Shown: positions 10,701 to 19,091 of the stretch, piece after piece
Position numbering within the stretch: position 1 is the stretch's first letter
Layout of the letters: the number at the start of each line of letters is the position of its first letter
Assembly: GCA_963829525.1 (NCBI GenBank)
Contig: CAWHIJ010000003.1
Coordinates: 2,720,001-2,784,000 of the forward strand
From: an uncultured Actinomycetota bacterium
GTDB lineage: Bacteria > Actinomycetota > Actinomycetes > JAHEKZ01
Direction: 5' to 3'
Length of the DNA: 64,000 bases
Position numbers and translations under genes: made by a program
Notes under the pieces: generated by a model
Database searches by the model: none
Told to the model about the DNA's origin: nothing
Seen by the model: the letters and a program-made list of their open reading frames with translations, nothing else

Positions 10701-10977
10701 CTGTGACGCCATCAGCGAAGAAAGGCCGCAACTTCCAGCCGCCGCTCACCGTCAGAGTGTCTCCGGTGGGAAGTGTGCCGCTGTACAGCAAGCATTCCTG
10801 ATCCGCAGAAACGGCGGTTCCGGTTCCACCAATACCGGCGAGAAAAGTGAAACAGGAGAATGAGGAGTTCACGCTGTAGGCGCTCGCCGCGTCCGCCGGG
10901 GCAGCCATCAAAAGACTCGTCACCAACACGCCGACAGTGCTCACAACCGCACGGGCGGAACGCCTCGAAAGCCGCAT
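7714..10977 (-). CDS. Large secreted surface protein: signal peptide, GTLNN beta-solenoid repeats, tandem Ig-like/cadherin-like (Big_9/tandem-95) domains, C-terminal RTX-type Ca-binding repeats
   Basis: Signal MRLSRRSARAVV...APADA; repeated NxAPVAxDD...NDxDxDGDxL...YTPxxxFxGxDxFTY; GGNGADVL/GGDGDDRL repeats. Confidence 0.85.
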   Translation of the reverse strand: MRLSRRSARAVVSTVGVLVTSLLMAAPADAASAYSVNSSFSCFTFLAGIGGTGTAVSADQECLLYSGTLPTGDTLTVSGGWKLRPFFADGVTGEYAFRNDGTLILGDSVSSGALYNDYTTDNTGTITIANSYSSIQNTAILNNFGTLNNFATLNNFATLTNFGTLTSTGTLNTTGTLNSTGTLNSTGALNINAGTLDINAGTLNINAGTLDINAGTLTNVATLNINAGTLTNLATLNNFRTLNNLGTLNNLGTLNNNNGGTLNNRPGGTLNNDPGGTLNNDPGGTLNNGGTLNNNPGGRLNNRPGGTLNNNIGGTLNNNAQGIISNAGALNNKPGGRLNNNIGGTLNNNIGGTLNNNAQGIISNAGALNNNAPVVNEGRLDNSGTLSGSGTMSNSGTFENTGTSTMSGNISNIAGGAIRNRLSGTLRLGGANRGVVNNDGDITVYGDYLNYGEFNNTSQVAVDGTFTNKCGGTITGAESFSGTAIVYESCNTAPVAGDDSGTTRSGPTAGEEIAIDTAANDSDPDGDPLTYQILTEADNGTALLSPSGGLLRYTPNPGFVGLDTLTYEVSDGVRTDTATVTITVVADVAPIAVDDTADVVNAGPGSEVTIRVFDNDSDPDGDLLQYRDIVIVQQPEHGSVTQRCLGVCDPPLYSPDPGFTGVDWFTYRAKDFLGAQSNIATVRISVSPPNSSPVADDDAYSTNEDTPLTVAAPGVLGNDTDDDAGDTLHAVLVTDASSGSLTLNANGSFTYTPDGNFNGSDGFTYQASDGNGGQSNTTTVTIEVVGVNDAPVARNDGYFTTEDTALTVATPGILSNDTDVDAGDALTAALVSGPSYGTLSLNANGSFTYTPNADFNGGDGFWYQASDGNGGQSLTALVRINVLAVNDAPTVAVTPAVCTSDTAASGQMLLTLSDVDSPNSGLTVSVTSSNTGLLPNSRVTVTGAGSTRTLSVSALAKKSGTSTLTVSVSDGAGGSTSATIRVIAGTSGGDTLTGTAGVDMLFGLAGANTLKGLDGADLLCGGNGADVLNGGNGNDVLAGGRGPDRLLGGDGDDRLTGGAGGDFFSGGIGTDTNVDYSLSQGDTNDST
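9860..10560 (-). repeat. Intragenic imperfect tandem repeats (18-24 bp units) encoding (G)GTLNN/TLNIN units
   Basis: Recurrent GTTGTTCAGCGT(C/T)CC on the + strand. Confidence 0.9.
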
Positions 10978-11269
10978 CTCTGTAGTCCCTTCGATGGCCG
11001 AGGGGCGAGCGGGGGCGCCCGTATTCCCTGGCGAGTTTCCCGGACCATACACGCCACCGGAGGGGGAGCATGATGGAAAGTGCACCGAACTCTTACCTAG
11101 CCCGCCGGTTTGTCCGATTTCGACCACGGAAGGCTCTCACCGTCACGTACGGTCTGAGGCGCGGTGGCTTCAACGGCCTAGCGAGGCGTCACGGGTTGAA
11201 AGGAGGAGTCACCGATTGGCGACCCGATCCAGCCTGACCCACCGCACGATAAGACCCGCTATCGCGCGT

Positions 11270-11936
11270 CGTACACGGAGCGCTGTGCGCGAAACCCATA
11301 TCACCCAGGTTCAGACCGTAGCCGGTTGCCCGGTGATCTCCCCCGCTCGCCGCAAGCAAAGAACGAGGCGGAATCGTCATCGGCAAGCACGGACACGCTG
11401 CCGCACAGCTCCCGCCGAGCCGGGCGCGCACAGCGTGGATACAAGAGTGTGGAGGACACACCCTCTACGCCGCCGGCGGAGCCATCTACGAGCGGACCGT
11501 GACCGCCGACGGAAGCCTTGACTTCGTCGAAGTGATACGGCACCAGACCAAACGGAACCGCAAGCCGGACGGCAGTTGGGCGTTCTACGCCCGCCACACC
11601 CTGACCTGTCGATCGAGTGACGTGGTGCACGACTGGTGGGAGCCGCTCACGCCGACCCAAACGGATGAGGAACACAAGTTCAACCGCAGCGACTACCTGC
11701 GCGTCCTACCTCCAACGGATCCCGACTACTCCCGCGTCTACGGCATGCGCGCAGACACCGAGTCACTCAACGCGCAGTTCGAGCGCGCCTTCTACAACCG
11801 GCGGCTCCCCGCGTGGGGTTTGCACAACCAGACCGTCATCGTGCTGATGGCCGCACTCGCCCAGAACGCTTGGGCCCGCCATACCTGGCAGCGAGCGATC
11901 GACCGACAACAGTCACCGCCCCAAGTGGCCGCCTGA
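11270..11936 (+). pseudogene. Truncated and frameshifted DDE transposase, copy 2
   Basis: C-terminal 145 aa nearly identical to copy 1; small deletion near 11355 shifts the frame; homology fades upstream of about 11270. Confidence 0.75.
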
Positions 11937-12132
11937 CTCCCCTGCCTCACACTGAACCGCCCACCGAACTCGACCACGCCCATAGGCCGGGTAGTGCCAA
12001 GAATCCGCGCCCCAGACACTCGTTCCGGGGCCGATTCGAGCAGGAATCCGGCCCCTTAGACTTAGCCCGCCTCGATCCGACCAGATCGAAGCAGGGTCCA
12101 GCAGGTTTCCCACAAGGAATCCCGCACGTCCC

Positions 12133-12208
12133 GCCCTCGTAGCTCAGGGGATAGAGCATCGGTTTCCTAAACCGTGTGTCGCAGGTTCGAATCCTGCCGA
12201 GGGCACCA
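12133..12208 (+). tRNA. tRNA-Arg(CCT)
   Basis: 76 nt cloverleaf GCCCTCGTAGCTCAGGGGATAGAGCA-TCGGT-TTCCTAA-ACCGT-GTGTC-GCAGGTTCGAATCCTGC-CGAGGGC-ACCA; anticodon CCT; encoded CCA. Confidence 0.97.
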
Positions 12209-12234
12209 AGCAAAAGTACAGGTCAGAGACCATT

Positions 12235-12422
12235 TCAAGGCTCTCCCCCAACCACTCTGAGGTGGTCGCCTTCCGCTGCAGTCCGCAATAAGTCCGCACG
12301 CGCTTCCATCGCGTCCCGATTCAGGCTCTCAGCCAGGTCATCTAAGTGACCGTCGAAGAGATGCGTGTACACGTCCAACGTCGTCGAGGTGTCCGCGTGC
12401 CCCATCATGTTCTGCACCGCGC
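12235..12422 (-). pseudogene. Tyrosine recombinase/integrase C-terminal remnant
   Basis: AVQNMMGHADTSTTLDVYTHLF box II with catalytic His and Tyr; converges on the tRNA 3' end. Confidence 0.85.
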
Positions 12423-12780
12423 TCCCGTCAATGAACGAGATCGATGCCCGGTCGGTGTATGGCGGGACGATCTTCCCGAACGTCATGATCGACACCTCGG
12501 GCACCAGCATCATTGTCACGCAGCTGTTCCCCCTCGGGCAGGGACGCACCCGTCAGGTGGCGTGGTACCTCTTCCACCCCGACACGATCAGCTCTCCTGA
12601 CTTCGACCCCAGCGCCCTCGTAGCGTTCGGTGAACTCGTTGCCGGCCAGAACAACGCCATCTGCGAACGGGTGCAGCTCGGGGTCAGCTCGCAGGCGTTC
12701 GCGCACGGCGTCTACCCGGAGAAGGACATGTACGTCTATGAGTTCAACCAGCGTTATCTGCGGGAGCGCGACGGCAACTA
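12422..12780 (+). pseudogene. C-terminal fragment of a Rieske oxygenase alpha subunit
   Basis: IFPNVMI...YLFHPDTI...AICERVQLGVSS..FAHGVYP aligns by eye with the C-terminus of 39209-40348; no Rieske domain. Confidence 0.75.
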
Positions 12781-12802
12781 CACCACAACGGGCCGCGGAG
12801 TC

Positions 12803-13468
12803 TCACCCGATATTGCCGAGGGTGATCTTCATCAGTCGGACACCGTTCTTGGTGCTCGGCTGGAAGTGTCGTGCCTGGTTGTAGACATTGACCAGGTACC
12901 TGCCGTCCAGCACGGCAATGTGCAGCTCGCGGGTCTTGCGGTACCGGTCGGACGTCTCCAGGGTCTGAACTGTGCGGTAGGCGACGCTTCCCTGGGCCAA
13001 GAAGGGCACCGGTTGTTCCCACAACCGAGCTGTGGTTCCATCTGCGGACTGCTCGCCCATGCACTTGCGGACGAAGCGCTGCTGCAACCAGAACGCATCC
13101 ATCGCTTGCTTCTTGGTGTGGAACTTGAACACGAACGCGGCAGGGTCTTCCACGCCCTCGAAGTAGGGCATATCGCCGTTCTCGAGACTGTAGCTCGACC
13201 AACGCCCGTCGGACGCCTCGAAGGCGCTCGTCCAGTCCCAGCACGAGAACCGCCATCCCAGCCCCACATAGGTGCCGACTTGACGCTTGCCACCGGCGAG
13301 GTCGGGATAGATCCTGCTCACCTGCTCCACCGTCGGCAGGTAGCTCGCGTAGACGCGGTCCCTCGGCTCGACGGCGGCACTGGCAGCTGGCACCAGCCCA
13401 AGGCCTACCACGGTCAGAGCGGCCGACGCCGCCAGCACGCGACGGAGGAGGCCGTGACCGGCCATCAT
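12803..13468 (-). CDS. Hypothetical secreted protein
   Basis: Signal-like MAGHGLLRRVLAASAALTVVGLGLVPAASA; good coding-like composition. Confidence 0.65.
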   Translation of the reverse strand: MMAGHGLLRRVLAASAALTVVGLGLVPAASAAVEPRDRVYASYLPTVEQVSRIYPDLAGGKRQVGTYVGLGWRFSCWDWTSAFEASDGRWSSYSLENGDMPYFEGVEDPAAFVFKFHTKKQAMDAFWLQQRFVRKCMGEQSADGTTARLWEQPVPFLAQGSVAYRTVQTLETSDRYRKTRELHIAVLDGRYLVNVYNQARHFQPSTKNGVRLMKITLGNIG

Positions 13469-13724
13469 GACGATCACCAACTTTCCGACGCGGGGCCCGT
13501 TGGATGCGACCCGAGGCCTCCTACATGTATCAGTGTCGCCACGGGTTGCGGCAGGGCCCAACGACCCCGAGTCGTCGGCCGCTCAGGCGCTGCGGGCTCT
13601 GCGTGCGAACTTCACCGCCGGTGGCAGGTCGCGTGGGTCTACCGGGCCCTGGCGAGGGTGCAGGAAGATCCCGGCCGGACCACACCCGCCCCCGCATGGC
13701 GTTGTCCAGGCTCACCCCGACCGT

Positions 13725-13864
13725 CAGCCTGGGATGCCGCCGGCACGCGGTCAAGACTCCAGGTCAGCAAGATCTTGGCGAAGCTCGGAGAGCGGAGAAG
13801 CACTGAAGCGGCGCTCCGAGCCTTCCAGTCAGGCTTGATCGAAAGGACACCACTGTCGAGCTGA
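13725..13864 (+). pseudogene. LuxR-type HTH C-terminal remnant
   Basis: Frameshifted VKT / VSKILAKLG...TEAALRAFQSGLI. Confidence 0.55.
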
Positions 13865-14015
13865 CCGTGCCCGGCATGTCACGACATGGCGATCGACCCT
13901 GTCGCCACCTCCGACGTCCAGACGAGGATGGAGCAAAGAGTCCACGCGTGGTCGCGAGATGCCTTGCACATCGGCGTTGCTCGAGAGCGATCGCCTGGCA
14001 CTTCGGGAGGCACTC

Positions 14016-14924
14016 ATGGCAACCCTCACTGCGAACGGCTCCAAGCCTCGGAGCATTGCACCCAGAGGCAACCGAAGCACCTCGCGAACGTGCCTGACGG
14101 TGGTCCTGACGACGCTGACCGCCGGATTCGTCTGGACCTCCTCGCCTGCAGTCTCGGCTGCCCCGACGTGCTTCGGCATGCCTGCAACCATCACGGGCAC
14201 CCCTGAGCACGGCGTGTTGCGAGGAACGACCGGTGCAGACGTCATCGTCGGCCTTGGTGGCCGGGACGAGATCCACGGGCGTGGCGGGAACGACGTCATC
14301 TGTGGCGGAGCGCGTCAGGACTACGTGTTCGCCGGCGGAGGCAGCGACAAGCTCGCGGGCGGCGGCGGGGATGACCGGATGTTCGGGGGAGCAGGCGCGG
14401 ACCTTCTGCGGGGAGGTCGCGGTAGGGATGGCTTGGTCGGCCAGAGCGGTGACGACCTCCTGTTGGGCGGCATCGGTGACGACGAGGTGGGCGACCCCAC
14501 GCTCGAGTCCGGCGACGATCGACTCCGTGGGCAAGCCGGGAACGACTACCTCCAGCCCGGCGTCGGCGATGACGTCGCGCGCGGCGGGGCCGGTAGTGAC
14601 ACGGTGCTCTACCGCGGCCTCGGGATCTCGATCAACGGGCGTCTGGCCCTCGGGTTGGTCACCGGCGCCGGCACGGACAGGCTGTCCAGCGTGGACAACC
14701 TCGTGGGTTCCGACGTGGCTGACCGGCTGGTTGGTAACGCTCGCACGAACGAGCTTCTCGGTGGCTGGGGCAACGACCAGCTGTTCGGACGGGGAGGAGA
14801 TGACGTGATCTGGGGCGACCAAGGCAGCGACCTACTCAACGGCGGCGCCGGAGTGGACACGCTCAACGGAGGCGAGGGCCGAGACAGCTGCATCGCGGGA
14901 GAAGAGCGCGTCTCGTGTGAGTAG
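14016..14924 (+). CDS. Secreted Ca-binding protein with hemolysin-type (RTX) GGxGxD repeats
   Basis: GGGAGG RBS, signal peptide, PTCFGMPATITGT, many GGxGxDxL nonapeptides, C-terminal C...SCE. Confidence 0.88.
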   Translation: MATLTANGSKPRSIAPRGNRSTSRTCLTVVLTTLTAGFVWTSSPAVSAAPTCFGMPATITGTPEHGVLRGTTGADVIVGLGGRDEIHGRGGNDVICGGARQDYVFAGGGSDKLAGGGGDDRMFGGAGADLLRGGRGRDGLVGQSGDDLLLGGIGDDEVGDPTLESGDDRLRGQAGNDYLQPGVGDDVARGGAGSDTVLYRGLGISINGRLALGLVTGAGTDRLSSVDNLVGSDVADRLVGNARTNELLGGWGNDQLFGRGGDDVIWGDQGSDLLNGGAGVDTLNGGEGRDSCIAGEERVSCE

Positions 14925-15002
14925 CCAACCCCAGCGACGTTTCCTCAGGCCAGGGCGACGATGGGAGTTCTCACCACAGACGTCGGAAGGGCCGGGCATA
15001 CC

Positions 15003-15046
15003 TTCCTACACCGTGTGTCGCAGGTTCGATTCCTGCCGGGGGCACC
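15003..15046 (+). repeat. att-like duplicate of the tRNA-Arg 3' half
   Basis: TTCCTACACCGTGTGTCGCAGGTTCGATTCCTGCCGGGGGCACC versus 12164-12207, 3 mismatches in 44 bp. Confidence 0.9.
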
Positions 15047-15372
15047 TGCCTTCGGCCTGACCTTGGCCCCTGCAAGTGAGCCGCGGGATCGCGATGTCGT
15101 GCAACTCATCGCGTCAGCTCGAGACCGCGGGACCCTTCGGGCTTGGTCCGTGGTGTTGTCCGAATGTCCGGCTTGAGCAAATTGTTCTTGAACGCCGGCT
15201 CGCTCACTCGCATCCCACTTTGACCCAGTCGCTCTCATAGTCAGTGCACCCTTGGTATTCTCGTGAACAGGGTCGCGAACCGGCCGTCGCCCGGACAGCA
15301 CCTCAACGGAGTTCGGCTAACTCTCGACCAAGTGCTCGTCCTACGTTCTTGGATTCACGCGCGTCGCGCGCC

Positions 15373-16545
15373 ATGGGGGTTCTCTTGTCGGTCACCGATT
15401 CATTCATGACGTCCGTCGCTCGGGCAGCTGCGGTCTCGACGATCGCTGCCGTGACCGTGGTGACGGCGCTGTGGTCGGCCGGCTCAGCGCTAGCTGCCTA
15501 TAGCACTGCCACTCAAGGCAGCTACACAGCGACGGTGTCGGAGGCAGTGGAGCTGTCAGGCCTGGTCGCCTCGCCGACCTACCCGAACTGGTACTGGACG
15601 CACTCTGACGTGTGGAGATCCAGTGACAGCTTCGCGGCGTGCTCGGGGTTGGTTGACTCCGCTTTGGCAGAATGCCAGCAGGTGCAGCGGACCCGGATCT
15701 GGGCGCTGAAGATCGACCCGGTCACACACAAGGTGACCGAGTCGCGCTCATTCTCCTTGAGTAACCCCGCCTGGGCACTCGATCCGTTCATTGCGCAGAA
15801 CAACGACTGGGAAGACATCGCGATCGGCCCCCCGCGCGACGGCGGTGCAGCCAACCTCGTGCTCGGCGCGCTCGGCAACGCAGAGCAGAACCGTGTCTAT
15901 GACGCCAACGGACGCAACATCACCTGTGAAACGCGCCGGCTGATCGAGCTTCCAGAGCCGAACCTGTCTGATCCGGATGCCGCGACTTGGACGCCGTGGA
16001 AGATCTACGACATCAAGAACCCAGTCGGACTTGGAGGGGCGACGTCCTGCAACGTTGAGTCGCTCATGGTTTCTGACGACGGTGCCGGCACACCCACTGC
16101 CTACTTCGTCACCAAGACCCAGCGCAAGTTGTTTGCTCGAAGCCTTGAGGCGTCCACCGGCCGCGATCCTGAGACGCTTCCAGCGGCGGCGGGGTCAGGC
16201 CAACCGTATGAGGCTGCCGTGCGGTACGTGGGGGCGGTCAAGGACGCCGTAGGCCTTCAGGTCACCGCTGCCGACACAAACGGCAACTACGCGGCGCTGT
16301 TGGTGAGGAAGACAGCGAAGAACCCCTGCCAGATCCTCAGCTGGCCGATCACAAATAGCGGACTAGGGGCAGCCCTCACCGGTACCAGCCCTGCCAAGAG
16401 CACGGTCACCTGCAACAACATGGCCGAGGGCCTGACGTACGTTCGGGATAGCACCGACCCTTCCGTCGTGACCAACGACCTGACAGCCATCTCGGACACC
16501 AACGGCGGCAGCAAGTTCCAGTACTGGTACTACCCGAACAGCTAG
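15373..16545 (+). CDS. Hypothetical secreted protein, probable beta-propeller (start uncertain, 15373 or 15406)
   Basis: Signal-like segment ending ALA; ELSGLVAS..YWTHSD, NNDWEDIAIG, NVESLMV, AEGLTY motifs; several Cys. Confidence 0.6.
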   Translation: MGVLLSVTDSFMTSVARAAAVSTIAAVTVVTALWSAGSALAAYSTATQGSYTATVSEAVELSGLVASPTYPNWYWTHSDVWRSSDSFAACSGLVDSALAECQQVQRTRIWALKIDPVTHKVTESRSFSLSNPAWALDPFIAQNNDWEDIAIGPPRDGGAANLVLGALGNAEQNRVYDANGRNITCETRRLIELPEPNLSDPDAATWTPWKIYDIKNPVGLGGATSCNVESLMVSDDGAGTPTAYFVTKTQRKLFARSLEASTGRDPETLPAAAGSGQPYEAAVRYVGAVKDAVGLQVTAADTNGNYAALLVRKTAKNPCQILSWPITNSGLGAALTGTSPAKSTVTCNNMAEGLTYVRDSTDPSVVTNDLTAISDTNGGSKFQYWYYPNS

Positions 16546-16664
16546 AAGGACACCCGACCCTTCCCGAGTACGTCGCGTTCTCCGAACAAGAGCAAGCCGG
16601 AAAGGGCCGCAGTGCAGGAAGCCGCGATTGCGGGGGCGGCCGGCGCTCAGGGAGAGCACCCTCT

Positions 16665-18179
16665 GTGCCGACATATCCAGCGATGTCACAGGAGCTGAGA
16701 TCCTCCACATCGCGACTGGGCGCTGCCGTGCATCAGGTCGCGCCGTTTGCCGTGGCCGGACTTGCTGCACCCCTCGTCTCGCTCGGGGGTGACGGCGAGT
16801 ACCACGTAGAAGCCCTACTGGTGGGTCTGGTCATCATGCTCATCTCGTTCGTTGGGCTGGCTAAGGTTTTCGACAGAGCGGCCAGTCGCCTGTGGAAGAA
16901 CGCCTGGACACTCACCTGGCTCTTGTCTCTCGCCCTGATGGTCTACGGAGCTGGTGGAGCGGATTCTGGTACGACCTTGATTCTCTTCGTCCCGCCGCTG
17001 TGGATGAGCCTCTACGGCGCACGGTCGGATGCGTTGGTGACTCTGGCATTCATGCTCATAGCCGTCATCGCTGTCACGCTGCTCGACGGGGCCTCAGAAC
17101 TGACCACCACCGACGTTCGGCGCCTGATTGCTTTCATCACCGTGCCAGCCCTCGCTGTTTGGACAATCTCCACCCTGGTGCAGCGACTTGCACAGAGCGA
17201 TGCGGACACCCGTCAGGCCCACGAGACCCTCACCGTCGTCGCCAGCGCCGCACGCCAGATCCGGCAGGACAGCGACCCAAGGCGGATGGCCTGTGTCGCC
17301 CTGCGCGATCTTCTAGATGCCAGGGTCGTTCTCATCATCGAACCAGACGGAGCGAACCACCTGCGTGAAAGTGCGGCACTGGGCACAGAGCGAACGGATC
17401 GTCGCCTGCCCCTGGGCAGCTCCCTGCTTGCCGAGGAGGTCTACCTGGGCGGGCGTCCCGTGTTTGTCGCGGATGCCGCGACGGATCCGCGGACCAGTCG
17501 GATCCTCGAACGTGACCCCGAGACACGCAGTGTCCTCGCCCATCCTTTTGGCCACGACGGAGTCGTCCGAGGTGTCCTGGAGATTGTGTGGGATCGGCCG
17601 TATTCAGATGCTCCGAAGCAAAGCAGCGCCGTACTGTCACTGCTGGCGCAGGAGATCAGTTGGTCTATCGAGCGCGCCGACCAGATGGCGAGCTTGCGCA
17701 TGAGTGCTTCCACCGACTCGCTGACCGGAATGGGAAACCGCCGGGTCTGGCGCGAACGGCTTCCACTCCTGATGGATGGCCTGCTCTGCGTCGCGATTGC
17801 CGATCTGGATCACTTCAAGGGGTACAACGACACCTACGGACACATTGCAGGCGACACGCTTCTGAAGTCCTTGGGTGAGTCCTGGCGACACCTAATTCGT
17901 CCCGATGACCTCCTCGTGCGTTGGGGCGGCGAGGAGTTTGCGATCGCGCTCCCCGGCTGCACGCCGCTCGAGGCGCTAGTCGTCCTCGAGCGGCTGAGCG
18001 ATGGTGTTCCCTTGGGCCAGACGGTGTCGATTGGCCTTGCCGAGCGCCAGCCGGACGAAACCATCGAGAACCTCATGACACGCGCCGACTCCGCCCTCTA
18101 CGAGGCGAAGCACAGCGGCCGTAACCGCATTTGCCTCGCTCCCACCAGTTCACCTGTTGGCGCGACAAACCTCACGTAG
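16665..18179 (+). CDS. Membrane-bound diguanylate cyclase (TM + GAF + GGDEF)
   Basis: TDSLTGMGNRR, DLDHFKGYNDTYGHIAGD, RWGGEEF with RPDD I-site, RADSALYEAK. Confidence 0.93.
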   Translation: MPTYPAMSQELRSSTSRLGAAVHQVAPFAVAGLAAPLVSLGGDGEYHVEALLVGLVIMLISFVGLAKVFDRAASRLWKNAWTLTWLLSLALMVYGAGGADSGTTLILFVPPLWMSLYGARSDALVTLAFMLIAVIAVTLLDGASELTTTDVRRLIAFITVPALAVWTISTLVQRLAQSDADTRQAHETLTVVASAARQIRQDSDPRRMACVALRDLLDARVVLIIEPDGANHLRESAALGTERTDRRLPLGSSLLAEEVYLGGRPVFVADAATDPRTSRILERDPETRSVLAHPFGHDGVVRGVLEIVWDRPYSDAPKQSSAVLSLLAQEISWSIERADQMASLRMSASTDSLTGMGNRRVWRERLPLLMDGLLCVAIADLDHFKGYNDTYGHIAGDTLLKSLGESWRHLIRPDDLLVRWGGEEFAIALPGCTPLEALVVLERLSDGVPLGQTVSIGLAERQPDETIENLMTRADSALYEAKHSGRNRICLAPTSSPVGATNLT

Positions 18180-18257
18180 GCACTCAGCACTCAACGCACG
18201 CCGACACGTCGATCAGCCGTACTTACACTCCTTGGTCCGTGCCCTAGGGTTCTCTCC

Positions 18258-19071
18258 GTGCGCCTGAACCTGCTCGGAACCCGAGGCTCGACGCCGGTGT
18301 CCGGTCCGCACTACCTCCGGTATGGGGGGAATACGTCATGCGTCGCCGTTACCGCTTCCGGCGACTCCCGGCCGACGGTAGCCCTCGATGCGGGTACAGG
18401 TCTGCAGAACTTCACCGCCCTGATGGACGGATGATCCGTTCGACGGCACCATCTTGCTGAGCCACCTTCACTGGGACCATATGCAGGGTCTGCCCTTCTT
18501 CCGGGCCGGCGACCGCGACGACTCCGATGTCAGGATGTGCGTGCCCGCTCAAGATCAGCTGAGCGGAGAGCAGCTCCTGCGCCAGGCTATGGCACCTCCG
18601 GCCTTCCCCATCACGCCAGCCGAACTCCGTGGCTCTTGGAAGTTCGCGGCTATCGAGCCGGGCACCTACCAGATCGAGTCGTTCACGGTGACGGCCGCCG
18701 AAGTGAGGCACAAGGGTGGCCGTACCTTCGGATACCGGGTGAGCGACGGCACCACTGACGTCGCCTACCTTCCCGACCACGTGGCGCACGGTGAGATCAC
18801 GGCAGGACTCGAGTCAGTGATCCGTGGCGTCGACCTGTTGCTGCACGACGCTCAGTTCCTCGAGCCTGAGCGCTCACTCGCTGACGCTTACGGGCACTCG
18901 ACCGTCGACGACGCGATCGAACTGGCCGTCAGCCTCGATGTCGGACGGCTTGTGCTCTTCCACCACTCCCCGGTACGCACTGACGAGCAACTCGATGCGA
19001 TAGCGGCACACATCGATGCTCCGATACCTGTCGACATTGCCTACGACGGGCTGGTTTTGGAGCTCAGCTAG
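18258..19071 (+). CDS. MBL-fold metallohydrolase, putative cyclic-nucleotide phosphodiesterase (frameshift near 18430)
   Basis: GTG-started LLGTRGSTPVSG..RYGGNTSCV..LDAGTG continues in another frame into SHLHWDHMQGLPFF, LLHDAQF, GHST, LFHHSP. Confidence 0.8.
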
Positions 19072-19091
19072 GCCCCCAGGACTTCCCGCGG

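Larger units (their letters stand above)
7301..12131 (+). mobile_element. Cargo-carrying transposon-like unit 2 (large secreted adhesin-like gene + truncated DDE transposase) abutting tRNA-Arg
   Basis: Left end GGACGTGCGGAAAAC, right end CCGCACGTCC (12122-12131), flanked by CGCCCTCGTA; last about 850 bp homologous to the end of unit 1. Confidence 0.8.
12164..15046. mobile_element. Decayed tyrosine-integrase genomic island at the tRNA-Arg 3' half
   Basis: 44-bp tRNA 3' repeat at both ends, integrase remnant next to the tRNA, several gene fragments inside. Confidence 0.75.

Noticed and set aside
6430-12141. Composite transposon of two IS copies flanking the adhesin, or an assembly duplication
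   Set aside because: The copies are diverged and differently truncated; left inverted repeats and tRNA-derived direct repeats at 3638 and 7291 define two tandem units instead
12235-12549. 104-aa ORF as an intact small gene
   Set aside because: Only the last about 60 codons are integrase-like; the rest is antisense to the Rieske fragment
12365-13864. 499-aa ORF as one gene
   Set aside because: Chance read-through joining a Rieske fragment, the antisense of 12803-13468 and a LuxR stub
15003-15046. Second tRNA gene
   Set aside because: Only the 3' half is present; no D-arm or 5' acceptor strand, so it is an att remnant
15047-15370. Riboswitch or ncRNA in the long intergenic region
   Set aside because: Small hairpins only; no motif I can recognise without an Rfam search
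18420-18440. Programmed frameshift in the MBL hydrolase
   Set aside because: No slippery heptamer seen; similar indels occur across the window and are more simply errors or mutations
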